64,000 nucleotides of DNA, taken from positions 87,385,600 through 87,449,599 of the forward strand of contig NC_057719.1 in assembly GCF_004010195.1 (NCBI RefSeq), given 5' to 3'. Under the pieces are notes generated by a model, which did no database searches, had not been told where the DNA came from, and saw only the letters and a list, made by a program, of their open reading frames with translations. Of this stretch, positions 25,281 to 38,146 are shown in pieces; the stretch's first letter is position 1; the number at the start of each line of letters is the position of its first letter. Both the position numbers and the translations under genes were made by a program. The DNA is from Chiloscyllium plagiosum. Lineage: Eukaryota.

Positions 25281-25617
25281 ATAGAATCCCTGCACTGTGG
25301 AAGCAGGCCATTTGGCCCATTGAGTCCACACTGACTCTCCAAACAGCATCCCACCCAGACCCAACCTCCTACTCCCTATTCCCTGTAACCCTGCATTTTC
25401 CATGGCTAACCCACCGAGCCTGCACATCCCTAGACACTATGGACAATTTAGCATAGTCAATTCACCTAACCTGCACATCTTTGGACTGTGGGAGGAAACT
25501 AGAGCACCTGGAGGAAACTCACGCAGACATAGGGAGAATGTACAAACGCTACCCAAGGCTGGAATCAAACCTGGGTTCCTGGAGCTGTGAGCCGCAGTGC
25601 TAACCACTGACCCACTG
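25281..25617 (-). mobile_element. HE1/V-SINE-like SINE, tail-to-tail with the preceding copy
   Basis: Reverse-complement match to the same SINE family. Confidence 0.8.
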
Positions 25618-25719
25618 ATTTAGATCGGATTTAGATTTAGATTTTATTGTCATGTGCACTCAAGTATGGAGTATGATATGAAAAAGTGGGTGATTTTGCA
25701 CAGTCAATATGAGGAGCTA

Positions 25720-27870
25720 GGCAGCAAATTAAGAAGCAAGACTTTAAAGGTCATAATCTCTGCATTATTACCTGAGCCACATGCAAATTGACATAAGGGT
25801 GACCAGAGAGCAGGCTATACCAAACCTGGTATTATGCAATTAGACAGGATTAAGTATCTCATTGTGAAGGCACCATAGGTAGCAGTGATCATATACTATT
25901 TTCTAAACTTAAATAAGGATAATTGAGGGCATGAAAGCAGAGCTGACTAAGGTGACTAACAAACCAGGGTAAAAGTTTATAGATACTCTGGAAAATTTAA
26001 GCGGATATTTCAGAATTTCCAGCACAGGCACATTTCATAATTTTAAGAGGCAGACACACCACTTGTTGTTAGCTAAAAAGGTTAAAAATGATGTACAATT
26101 GTGCAAAGACGAATGAAAGGATGGAAGATTGGACAGAATATAAAAGAAAGCAAAAAAATGACCTACACATGAATAAAGGGGTAAAGTGGGGGGCGGGGGG
26201 GGAGGAATTAAAGTATGTGAGAAAGCTAGCCAGAAATATAAACACAAATACTAAGAGTTGCTATAAATATTTTTAAAAATAGTTAATAAAGGAAGCACTA
26301 GTCCTACAATAATTAGATTGTAGAATGAATAGTGGAAAAGAAGGAAATAACAAATAAATTGAAGATGTATCTTACATCTGTCTTCATTACATAGGATGCA
26401 AGTAAGTGCCAAGAAAAACAGCAATAAAACAGGAAATGGAAGTGAGGGAGTGGAGAACTCAGGAAAATTACAATTGCCAGAGAAATGTTACTGAGTAAGT
26501 GATTGAGACTGTGGGCTGACACGTGCCTACGTCTAGATGGACTTCATCATAGGGTCTTAATCAAACTAGCTGGTGGGATAGTTGATGCATTGGTTTTAAT
26601 TACCCCAAACCCCCTTGATTTGGGACAGTCCTGTCAGACTAGAAGATAATGAATGTAACTCCTTTAATGAAAGTGGAAGAAAGATAAAAAGCAAGAAACT
26701 ACAGGCAAGTTAACTTCACATCTGTCATAGAAAATATTTTAGAAAGTATTATTATACCTATAGCCAGACACTTGGTTAAATTCAAGATAATCAAGCAAAG
26801 TCAACATGGTTTTATCAAGGGAAAATCACTTTTAAACAATCTATGTGAGCTCTTTGAAGATGTAAATAAAGGGGAACCAGTGGATGTAACGTATGTAGAT
26901 TTCCAGAAGGAAATAGATAAAGTATCACATCAAAGGTTATTATGGAAAATAAAAGCTCACTGTGCAGGGGATAATATATTGGCATGGATAGAAGATTGGA
27001 CCTCAAGGTAGGAGAAGGTATGGTTCCCAAATTTGCTTGACACAAAGGTAGATAGGAAAGTAAGTGATGTGATAGGGCAAAGATGTAGCAAATACTATAA
27101 ATGTGGGAAAATTTGAAATTGCCCATTTTGGCAGGATGAATTAAAATAGAAGCATATTTTTCTAAATTGTGAGTGATTGTAGAACTCTGAATTACAGAGG
27201 AATCTAGGTTGCCTTATGCATGAAATGAAAAAGGTTGTCATGCAGGTATACAAGTGATCCAGGAAAGCTACTAGAATGTTATCATTACATAGGGAATTGA
27301 ATATAAAAGTGGGGACGTTATGCTTTAGTTATGTAGGGCTCTGGTGAGACCACATCTGGAGTACTGTGTACAGTATTGGTCTCCTTACTTAACATGCATG
27401 TAAATATGTTAGAAGCAGTTCAGAGAAGACTTTAAGACTTATACCTGGAATGGGATGGTAGTCTTATGAGGAAAGGTTGGTCAGGCTAGTCCTGTATCTG
27501 TTAGAGTTTAGAACAACAAGAGGTGACTTAATTGAAACATTTAAGATCCTAAGGGGTCCTGACTGGGTAGATGTGGAAAGGATGTTTCTTCTAGCTGGGG
27601 GATCTAGAACCAGGGTCACTTTTAAAAATTAAGGATTGTCCATTTAAAACAGAGACTGAGTGAATTTTGTTTCTCTCAGAGACTCATCTCATTGGAACAT
27701 TCTTCCTGAGAAGGCAGTAGAAGCAGAGTTCTTGAATATTTTTAAGGCAGAAATTTCTTGATATGCCAGAGAGTGATAGGTCATTGAGGTAGTTGGGATT
27801 ACGGATTTGAGGTACAATCAAATCAGCCTTATTAACAGAGGAGGAATTCAAGGAGCTGAATTTGTACACC
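25720..27870 (+). mobile_element. Old, heavily decayed CR1 LINE ORF2 remnant
   Basis: IKQSQHGFIKGKS.L.NL.E.FEDV..GEPVDV.Y.DFQK..DKV.H and RPHLEYCVQ-type segments; boundaries approximate. Confidence 0.8.
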
Positions 27871-28189
27871 TAACACCAACATAGAGATCAGGTTTGAAAT
27901 CCCCAATACTCAAACTGGGATTTGACAGTTGGAAATTCATTATTTTAGTTTTCATTGTCAATGTTCTCCCAAGTTGATAATGAAAATTCCAAGGAATTAT
28001 TTACTGTTGACTTACTAGTTGCCAACCCACTGTGACAGTCTCTGGATGAACACTTCTGAATAACTGCTAGCTGAGTTAGGTTCAGACTGCAGCAGAACTT
28101 ACCTGCTCTGAGTAATCTCAGGTTCCATTACACTCACTAGGATCCTTGCCTCGGGTTTATAAAGGATGCAGTGCCAGTTTTCTCAAACT

Positions 28190-31100
28190 AAGGATTCTGG
28201 GTAATCCAAGATGGAAGGCAGGAAACATTTCTGGCTGTAACAGGCTGCTTCCTTTTTGAGGAATTTTAGGTGTTGGAGGTGATTTCCTTGAATTCCAGGA
28301 GCAGCAATTACTGTTTTATATGCTGTTATGATTGTTTTGGAACTTTGAAAGAAAAAGGTCAAAACAACAGCACTTTTAAAAGGGAGAAAGACAGACAAAG
28401 GCAGCAAGCTCATGGTCTGTAAGGGAGAGAAAAAGAGAAAAATAAACCCACATTGCTAACTGACACAGTCGTGAATCTGCGCAGTTACTGCCTTTGCTGT
28501 TTGAATTCATGTATCGCCTGGATATCGGAGTGTGTCGAGGAATACTTAACAAACAGCGAAATTCACAACTGATCTTGGAGGAACCTGTTTGGGAGAGGCC
28601 ACAGTACAGCAACAGACAAGTGAATAGTTTTAAGTATAGCCTTGCTGTAAATCTATAATAGTGAGTAGAGTGGGTTCTTTTTTAATTATAAGTTTTTTAT
28701 GGATCTGTCTCTTCATTAAATTTTAAAAATGTAAGCCATAAGTATTAAGTTAGCCTGGAGGAGTGTTTTGTAGAGCAATAAGACTATCTGTTGCTGTACT
28801 GTGGCCTCTCCCAAACAGGTTCCTCCAAGATCAGTTGTGAATTTCACTGTTTGTTAAGTATTCCTAGACACACTCCGATATCCAGGTGATACATGAATTC
28901 AAACAGCAAAGGCAGTAACTGCGCAGATTCACGACTGTGTCAGTTAGCAATGTGGGTTTATTTTTCTCTTTCTCTCTCCCTTACAGACCATGAGCTTGCT
29001 ATTTTCTGGGTCTGTAGATTGGAAGGAGCAAAATAGCCTATAGTAGAGTGATAGGCACCTCTTGTCGGATGTGGGGGTTTCAGGAGAGTTTACGGGTTAC
29101 TGAGGATTATACCTGCAATAAATGTTGTTGATTGTGAATACTGTCAGATTAAATGGATCGGTTGGAGCAACGCTTAGAGGCGATGAGGAATTTACAAGAG
29201 CAAGAGGATGTAATGGATGGCAGTTATAGGAAGGGAGAAAAGTCGCAGATACATTAAGGTAGTGGGTAAACTCCAAGAAAGATAGGTGGTTGTGCAGGAA
29301 TCTTCGAGTATACTGTTTTGAAAAACGTAGGGGGTGATGGACTTTCAGGGGAATGTAGCACAAACAGCCAAGTTTCTGGTATCAAGACTGGTTCTAATGT
29401 AATGAGGGGTACATCGGGTTCCAAGGGATCAATTGTATTAGGGGTACAAATAGACGTTTCTGTGGCCAGGAGCAAAGAATCAGAATGGTGTTTTGCCTCC
29501 CTGGTGCCAGGGTCAAGGATGTCTCAGAGAGGGTGCAGAATGTTCTCAAAGGGGAGAGGTACCAGCTGGAGATCATTGTATTCACTGGTTCCCACGACAT
29601 AGGAAGGGAAAAGGAAGAGATTCTGAAGGGAGAATATAGGACTCACAGCTTAATGTTCCAGGATACAAATGCTACAGGAAGGATAGAAAGGGAGGCAAGA
29701 GAGGAGGGGGAGTGGCGTTTTTGATAAGGGATAACATTATAGCTGTACTAAGGGAGGATATTTCCAGAAATACATCCAGGGAAGTTATTTGGGTGGAACT
29801 GAGAAATAAGAAAGGGATGCTCACTGTATTGGGATTATATTATAGACCCCCTAATAGTCAGAGGGAAATTGAGAAACAATTTTGTAAGGAGATTTCAGTT
29901 ATCTGTAAGAATAATAGGGTAGTCATGGAAAGTTTGGATTTTAACTTTCCAAACATAGACTGGACTGCCATAGTGTTAAGGGTTTAGATGGAGAGGAATT
30001 TGTTAAGCATGTACAAGAACATTTTCGGAGTCAGCATGTGGATGTACCTACTAGAGAAGGTGCAAAAGTTTACCTACTCTTGAGAAATAAGGCAGGGCAG
30101 GTGACTGAGGTGTCAGAGCACTTTGGGGCCAGCGACCATAATTCTTTTAGTTTTAAAATAGTAATGGAAAAGGATAGACCAGTTGAAGTTCAAAATTGGA
30201 GGAAGGCTAACTTTGATGGTATTAGTCAAGAACTTTCAAAAGCTGATTGGGGGCAGATGTTCACAGGTAAAGGGACGGCTGGAAAATGGGAAGCCTTCAG
30301 AAATGAGATAACGAGAGTCCAGAGAAAGTATATTTCTGTCAGGGTGAAAGGAAAGGCTGGTAGGTATAGGGCATATTGGATGACTAAAGATATTAAGGGT
30401 TTGGTAAGAAAAAGAAGGAAGCATATGTCAGGTATAGACAGGATAGATCGAGTGAATCCTTAGAAGAGTAGGAGTACACTTAAGAGAGAAATCAGGAGGG
30501 CAACAAGGGGACATGAGATAACTTTAGCAAATTGGGTTAAGGAGAATCCAAAGGGTTTTTACAAATACATTAAGGACAAAATGGTAACTAGGGAGTGAAT
30601 AGGGCCCTTCAAAGATCAGTAAGGCAGCCTTTGTGTGGAGTCGCAGGAGATGGGGGAGATGCTAAACAAGTATTTTGCATCAGTGCTTACTGTGGAAAAG
30701 GACATGGAAGGTATAGAATGTAGGGAAATAGATGGTGGTATCTTGAAAAATGTCCATATTACAGAGGAGGAAGTGCTGGATGTCTTGAAACGCATAAAGG
30801 TATCCCAAGCCCTGATCAGGTGTATCCTACAATTCTGTGAGAAGCTAGGGAAGTGATTGCTGGGCCCCTGCTGAGATTTTTGTATCATTGATAGCCACAG
30901 GTGAGGTGCCTGAAGACTGGAGGTTGGCTAACGTGGTTCCACTGTTTAAGGGTGGTAAGGACAAGCCAGGGAACTATAGACCAATGAGCCTGATGTTGGT
31001 GGTGGGCAAGTTGTTGGAGGGAATCCTGAGGGACGGGATGTACTTGTATTTGGAAAGGCAAGGACTGATTCGGGACAGTCAACATGGCTTTATGCATGGG

Positions 31101-32355
31101 AAAACATGTCTCACAAACTTGATTGAGTTTTTTGAAAAAGTAACAAAGAGGATTGATGAGGGTAGAGCGGTGAGCATGATCTATATGGACTTTAGTAAGG
31201 CATTCGACAAGGTTCCCCATGGGAGACTGGTTAGATAGGTTAGATCTTATGGAATACAGGTAGAACTAGCCATTTGGATACAGAACTGGTTCAAACATAG
31301 AATATAGAGGATGGTGGTGAAGGGTTGTTTTTCAGACTGGAGGCCTGTGACTAGTGGAGTGACATAAGGATTGGTGCTGGGTCCACTACTTTTCATCATT
31401 TATATAAATGATTTGGATATGAACATAGGAGGTTTAGTTAGTAAGTTTGCAGGTGATACCAAAATTGGAGGTGTAGTGGACAGCAAAGAAGTTTACCTCA
31501 GATTCCAATGGGATCTTGATCAGATGGACCAACGGGCTGAAGAGTGGCAGATGGAGTTTTATTTAGATAATTGCGAGGTGCTGCATTTTGGGTAAGCAAA
31601 TCTTAGCAGACTTAGATACTTAATGGTAAGGTGCTAGGGAGATCTTGGAGTGTAGGTTCATAGCTCCTTGAAAGAAGAGTTGCAGTTAGATAGGATAGTG
31701 AAGAAGGTATTTGGTATGCTTTCCTTTATTGGTCAGAGTATTGAGTACAGGAGTTGGGAGGTCACGTTGAGGCTGGACAGGACATTGGTTAGGCCACTGT
31801 TGGAATATTGCATGCAATTCTGGTCTTCTTCCTATTGGAGGGATGTTGTGAAACTGGAAAAGGGTTCAGAAAAGATCCATAAGGATGTTGCCAGGGTTGG
31901 AGGATTTGAGTTAGAGGTAGAGGTTGAATTAGCTAGGGTTGTTTTCCCTGGAATATTGGAGGCTGAGGGGTGACCTTATAGAGGTTTATAAAATCATGAG
32001 GTGCATGGATAGGATAAATAGACAAAGGCTTTTCCCTGGGGTGGGGGAGTCCAGAATTAGAGGGTATAGGTTTAGGGTGAGAGGGGAAAGATATGAAAGG
32101 GACCTAAGGGGCAACTTTTCCATGCAGAGGGTGGTACATGTATGGAATGTGCTGCCAGGGGAAGTGGTGGAGGCTAGTACAATTACAACATTTAAGAGGC
32201 ATTTGGATGGGTGTATGAATGGGAAGGGTTTGGAGGGAAATGGGCCAAGTGCTGGCAAATGGGCATTGGGATATCTGGTCGGCATGAATGAGTTGGACCG
32301 AAGGGTCTGTTTCCGTGCTGTACATCTCTCTGACTCATAACTCTATGACTCTCTG
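28190..32355 (+). mobile_element. Near full-length decayed CR1 LINE, same family as 10753-15056
   Basis: Same 5' start AAGGATTCTGGGTAATCCAAGATGG; PEDWRLANVVPLFK, SQHGFMHGK.CLTNLIEFFE, MDFSKAFDKVPH; CTCTATGA-like tail. Confidence 0.92.
28403..29000. repeat. 214-bp inverted repeat (arms 28403-28616 and 28787-29000, 170-bp spacer)
   Basis: Arms are reverse complements with only about 4 mismatches by eye. Confidence 0.93.
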
Positions 32356-32445
32356 TATGTAACTGAGCAATATTTGGTCAAATGTTACACCCTCACTAAT
32401 TGACGATGTGAAGGTGGTGTGTGACCTCTCCTCGTCTGTTTGTAC

Positions 32446-32634
32446 CTGTAGATCACTGGCTTCTGCCAGCCTGGTACTGCGTTCCTGCCAAGCCTCATTT
32501 AGAGTGGTCCAAGTCTTTTCCACCATAGCGAGGGATTGCCTGATGTCTACCGAGGCATAATGTCCTGCAGCCACTAACTCAACACCAACGTTCCTGACTG
32601 CATCGAAACGCTCCACTCTGGCCTGGATCTCAGT
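32446..32634 (-). CDS. SPTBN5: Beta-V spectrin exon TEIQARVERFDAVRNVGVELVAAGHYASVDIRQSLAMVEKTWTTLNEAWQERSTRLAEASDLQ
   Basis: ttcttag| ... |gtacaa; 189 nt, phase 0/0; G..LV..GHYAS..I spectrin motif. Confidence 0.92.
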
Positions 32635-32704
32635 CTAAGAAAAACAAAAACAGTCAGACAAACACACGCTCATACAAAGATATCGACACATACACACAGA
32701 CATG

Positions 32705-33002
32705 TAGATTAGATTAGATTACTTAACAGTGTGGAAACAGGCCCTTCGGCCCAACAAGTCCACACAGACCCGTCGAAGTGCAACCCATCCATACCCCTAC
32801 ATTTACCCCTTACCTAACACTACGGACAATTTAGCATGGCCAATTCACCTGACCTGCACATCTTTGGACTGTGGGAGGAAACCCACGCAGACACGGGGAG
32901 AATGTGCAAACTCCACACAGTCAGTCGCCTGAGGCGGGAATTGAACCCAGGTCTCTGGTGCTGTGAGGCAGCAGTGCTAACCACTGTGCCACTGTGCCGC
33001 CC
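32705..33002 (-). mobile_element. HE1/V-SINE-like SINE
   Basis: (TTAGA)n on plus strand equals (CTAAT)n tail; tRNA-like head at the right end. Confidence 0.85.
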
Positions 33003-33920
33003 CGTACACACACAAAAATACAGAAACAGACACATTCACACACAAAACATACGCATAAACACACCAACACACACATAGACACACAGACATATNNNNNNNN
33101 NNNNNNNNNNNNNNNNNNNNNNNNNNNNNNNNNNNNNNNNNNNNNNNNNNNNNNNNNNNNNNNNNNNNNNNNNNNNNNNNNNNNNNNNNNNNNNNNNNNN
33201 NNNNNNNNNNNNNNNNNNNNNNNNNNNNNNNNNNNNNNNNNNNNNNNNNNNNNNNNNNNNNNNNNNNNNNNNNNNNNNNNNNNNNNNNNNNNNNNNNNNN
33301 NNNNNNNNNNNNNNNNNNNNNNNNNNNNNNNNNNNNNNNNNNNNNNNNNNNNNNNNNNNNNNNNNNNNNNNNNNNNNNNNNNNNNNNNNNNNNNNNNNNN
33401 NNNNNNNNNNNNNNNNNNNNNNNNNNNNNNNNNNNNNNNNNNNNNNNNNNNNNNNNNNNNNNNNNNNNNNNNNNNNNNNNNNNNNNNNNNNNNNNNNNNN
33501 NNNNNNNNNNNNNNNNNNNNNNNNNNNNNNNNNNNNNNNTACACACATGCACACACATACACACACACAAACACAGACAAAAATACATGCACACACACAC
33601 ACACACACTTGCAGGCATGCCTCCACATAAAAAATATATACACACAAAGACACCCATACGAACAGAGATCCTCACCCAGAGAGAGACAGACAAACCGCCA
33701 CAAACATAAAGCAACAAATGGTCACACATGGAGACAAAAGACACAGACACGCACACAAATTCCCACACGTGGAAACACACCCATGTAAGTAAAAATTCAC
33801 ATCTACATGCACAACGAACACAAAAGCACAGTCAGAAACTCCCCCCCGCCCACAGAGAGACACAAATCCTAATGAATACAAATACACACAAACGCACACG
33901 GATAAACACAAACATATCCA
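33003..33920. repeat. CA-rich low-complexity tract containing assembly gap N 33093-33539
   Basis: (CA)n-derived sequence on both sides of the N run. Confidence 0.9.
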
Positions 33921-34696
33921 CAAAGTCAGCAACCTTTGCAACCCTTATGTCTGTTATTTTGAACATTCCAATTCTCTTCCTCAACATCTCATGAGGTGAA
34001 CACAGAAGGCGCAGTTTACAACCATTTATGATAGGGACACTATTCATACTTCTGTTCTCAATGAAGGCTAATTCATCCCTCAGGCTGTGCTGAAACCTTT
34101 ACTACATTGTACAGAGCCAAAGTTTAATTACTATTTAATCTTCTCTCATCCTCTTTATGCTTGAGTTCATTCCTGTTGTGGTTTTTGGCAGCTTACAGTG
34201 GGTTGACATGAACCATCTACGTGGATCCTTAGTGGATTCTCACCTTTATTCTAGAGGGAGTCTGGGCATCACTGGCTAGGCCAGCATTTACTGTTGATTA
34301 CTAACTGAAGCAAGTGAACGTCTACCAGGGAGTGGGCTCCAGGTCCTTTTCAATGGCAGTTAACTGTCAATCATACTGGTTGTGGATTTGGAGTCACATG
34401 CCAGTCAGATCAGGTAGGGTCTTGAAGGGAACTGAGATGGGGTTTACAACAAGCAGATAGTTTCATGATCATTATTATTGAGACTGTTGCATTAGATCAG
34501 ATTTATTCACAAAGTGAATTTAAATTCCCCTGGCTGACATGATAGGATTTGAACCAATGGTTGAGGCCTCTGGGATCACTAACCCAGTGACAATATCACA
34601 AGCTGTTGGCCAAGTTATACAATGCCCTGATAGAAACGTCTGGAACAATCTCCTTGCACCATCCTTCCACCTCACTGCAGACTCAAATTGATGGGG

Positions 34697-35035
34697 ATAG
34701 AACATAGAACATAGAAGAATACAGCGCAGTACAGGCCCTTCGGCCCTCGATGTTGCGCCGATCCAAGCCCACCCAACCTACACTAGCCCACTATCCTCCA
34801 TATGCCTATCCAATGCCCGCTTAAATGCCCATAATGAGGGAGAGTCCACCACTGCTACTGGCAGGGCATTCCATGAACTCACGACTCGCTGAGTAAAGAA
34901 CCTACCCCTAACATCTGTCCTATACCTACCCCCCCTTAATTTAAAGCTATGCCCCCTTGTAATAGCTGACTCCATACGTGGAAAAAGATTCTCACTGTTG
35001 ACCCTATCTAACCCCTAATCATCTTATACACCTCT
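34697..35035 (-). mobile_element. 5'-truncated CR1 LINE 3' end
   Basis: TRGHSFKLRGGRYRTDVRGRFFTQRVV..WNALP; (TTCTATG)n tail. Confidence 0.85.
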
Positions 35036-35289
35036 AGCACAATTTTTTTCAGTTTATATTTCAGAGCTACAGCATCCATTGCAATTTATTTTCCTTTCAC
35101 TGTTGAGAACGGATGCATTTATCAATAGATTGCAGCACAGTAGAACAATCTGGGGCTAGTAAAATGCAACATATTGCTTATAAAGCAACTAAGCCAGATG
35201 CTGCAGTTATCAGCCCTGTCTCACATCCCAGTTGTGCCCAGGGCAGAGGATGAAGTTAGTTTGGATCAATCTCGGGGCTATGTCCTTGC

Positions 35290-35452
35290 CTTTCTCTCAT
35301 GGTGCTCCTCTATCATGGCGTCTGCCTCTTGCTTACTCTTGGGCAGACTTCCTTGGTCCATTGGCTCTTCCATCGCCTGTGCCCAGTCCATCAGTTCCCG
35401 GACAGTCCTGTTGAACTTCTGCAGCTGGTATGAGGCTTCCAACTTTTCCTTC
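35290..35452 (-). CDS. SPTBN5: Beta-V spectrin exon (R)KEKLEASYQLQKFNRTVRELMDWAQAMEEPMDQGSLPKSKQEADAMIEEHHERK, ending at a GC donor
   Basis: ttttgcag| acceptor; 163 nt, phase 2/0; donor AAG|gcaagg; read-through hits TAG after 3 codons with no GT available. Confidence 0.85.
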
Positions 35453-35764
35453 CTGCAAAAAGTGAGGGAATAGCTGAAAGTAAGTTAATAACTAAAGAAA
35501 GAACGATTCTGGGATTCACAATGTATGGCGGAACATGACCTTAAGTTAATCTGATCAGCTACAATCTTACTGAATATTGGAGTGGACTCAAGGGATCGAA
35601 TTGCCTTCTCTTGCTCCCATTTTATATGTTCACATGCTTATATACTTACCTCTGAACACAGCTTCTTCTAATTTGGTCACAAGGTTGAAGCTGTACCTCA
35701 GACATTGACTATGTGAGTAACTATAACACTGCAAGTGAGGCTGTCATTAAGACAGTAATCTTTT

Positions 35765-36017
35765 GCTACCTCACAGCGCCAGGGACCTAGGTTCAATTCC
35801 AGCCTTGGGTGACTCTTTGGAGTTTGCACATTCTCCCTGTGTCTGTGTAGGATTCCTCCGGGTGCTCCGGTTTCCTCCCAAAGTGCAAAGATGCACAGGC
35901 TGGGTGGATTGGCCATGTCAAATTCAGGGTTATAGGAATAGAGTGGGATGTTCTTTGGAGGGTTGTTGCAGATGCAATAGGTCAAATGGCCTCTTTCCAT
36001 ACTGTAGAGATTCTATG
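35765..36017 (+). mobile_element. HE1/V-SINE-like SINE (5'-truncated)
   Basis: cctcacagcgccagggacc..ggagtttgcacattctccc..ggtttcctccc family motifs. Confidence 0.75.
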
Positions 36018-36691
36018 AATTTTGGGGTCTGGAGCCAGTTATATTCCCGTGGTTTATTTTCATTCCCTACTATCATTGCATTGCACTTTGCAACTTTAAA
36101 TGCCACCTGCTTTCCCACTCATACTTACCCTTTAACATTTGATTTATCTGTTGACTATTAAACTTGTCCTGACTCCCTGCTTACTGCTCTCTGTGAACTC
36201 AGTCTCACAATCAACAGCACTGGTCTTTGGGACATGCCAGAGCGAAGTGGCCCCAACTCCATTTACAGCCTCCCCTTGTTTACCTCAGTTTGACTCACAC
36301 GAATTAGGAGCGAGCCTCTTCAGTGGTCGTATAGCCCGTCCAGTCCGATCTGTCATTCAACAAGACCATGGCTAATCTGATTGTAGCCTCATCCTCAGGG
36401 AACTGCGTGCCCTGACACTCAAATATTTGCTTGGTAGCCATGAATCTATCTACCTCAGCCCTAAAAATATTCTGCAACCTTACATCCTTACTTTTACACT
36501 CCATTCCCCTTTCTCATAAACAACAACATTCCTGGTGCCGTCCTAATCCCCTGCTGTGTGTGTATGCTAACCCTTTGAGAGTCAGATTACCTAGCTCTCT
36601 CTGTACCTCAGAATTCTGTAATCTCTCTCTCTATTTAAATAATATGCTGCTTTTCTATTCCATGATGATTCAATGGCCTGAAATTCTACAT

Positions 36692-36836
36692 GAGGCTCCC
36701 AGCCTCATTTCTGATGAAGGGCTCCTGCCCGAAATGTCGATTTTCCTGCTCCTCGGATGCTGCCTGACCTGTTGTGCTTTTCCAGCACCACTCTAATCTT
36801 GACTCTGATCTTCAGCATCTGCAGTCCTCACTTTCA
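36692..36836 (+). mobile_element. Solo PLE pLTR (145 bp) with hammerhead motif
   Basis: Perfect 15-bp TSD CCTGAAATTCTACAT at 36677-36691 and 36837-36851. Confidence 0.85.
36708..36741 (+). ncRNA. Minimal hammerhead ribozyme motif
   Basis: CTGATGA-A-GGGC-TCCT-GCCC-GAAA-T-GTC-GAT; intact core and 4-bp stem II. Confidence 0.65.
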
Positions 36837-38102
36837 CCTGAAATTCTACATCGCCTTCCCTGTATTTGTCAGCTGTGCCTTAGTGGGGATGGTCTCACCT
36901 CCGGGTCAAAGGGTTGTGGGGTCAACATCACACTAGATTGGGGCAAACGATCGAGATCTGTAGTGATGGAGTAGGGGAGTTATTTCTGGTAAATTGGCCA
37001 ATTTTAATCCCCCAACTAACATCAGGTTATCTGCAATATTCTCAGATTCCAGCGGATCTGGAGATGCAGAGTCCAGTGACCCCGCACGTGGACCAGAAGC
37101 TCAGGGTTTAAATCCCACCTGAGGTCATAATGGACTCAGAAGATGTGTCATAACATGGCCAGACGGATTGATCATTGATGTGTAAATAGTTCCAGTACTC
37201 ATCTGGCAGGTGGTAAGAGGAGAAACTGGGTCAGTCAAAACCAGCGGTAGCTATGAACTATCAATCTGCACCCTAATATCTCTTTGTTCAGCAGCATTGT
37301 CCAGGATTACACCATTAAGTATATATATCCTTTCCTGATTTGCATTTCCAAAATGCAACACCTCACATTTATCTAAATTAAACTCCATCGGCCATTCCTC
37401 GACCTATTGGTCCACCTGATCAAGGTCCCATTGTACTCTGAGGTAACCTTCTTCACTGTCCACAATACACACACATTTTGGTGTCATCTGCAAACTTACT
37501 AACCACTCCTCCAGTATTTTCATCCAAATCACTTATATAAATGACAGTGGACCCAGCACCAATCCTTGTAGCATACCGCTGGTCACAGGCCTCCAGTCTG
37601 AGAAACAACCCTCCACCACCATCTTCTGTCTCCTACCTTCAAGTCAATTTTGTCTCTCAATAGATGCAATGTGATCTAACCTTGTTAAACAGTCTACCAT
37701 GAGGAAGATTGTTGAACACCTTACTGAAGTCCATATAGACAATATCTACCGCTCTGCCTTCATCAACCTTCTTTGTCACCTCTTCAAAAAACTCAAATTA
37801 GTGAGATACAATTTCTCATGCAACAACACATCTTGACTATCCCTAATCAGTCCTTGCCTTTCCAAATGCATATAAATCCTGCCCTTCAGAATCCCCTCCA
37901 ACAATTTACCCACCACTGACATCAGGCTCATCGGTTTATAGTTCTCTGGCATTCCCTTACCACCTTTCTTAAATAATGCACCATGTTAGCAAACTTCCAG
38001 TCTCCAGCACTTCAATTGATGTGACTATCGATGATACAAATATCTCAGCAAAGTTAGAAATCACACAACACCAGGCTATAGTCCAACAGGTTTAATTGGA
38101 AG

Positions 38103-38137
38103 CACTAGCTTTCGGAACGATGCTCCTTCATCAGGTG
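38103..38137 (-). ncRNA. Minimal hammerhead ribozyme motif (gene-sense strand)
   Basis: Reverse complement CAC-CTGATGA-A-GGAGC-ATC-GTTCC-GAAA-GCTA-GTG. Confidence 0.7.
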
Positions 38138-38146
38138 ATTGACAAT

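Noticed and set aside
32921..33788. Long ORFs of 205-267 aa in the ORF track
   Set aside because: They span an N gap and CA-rich low-complexity sequence
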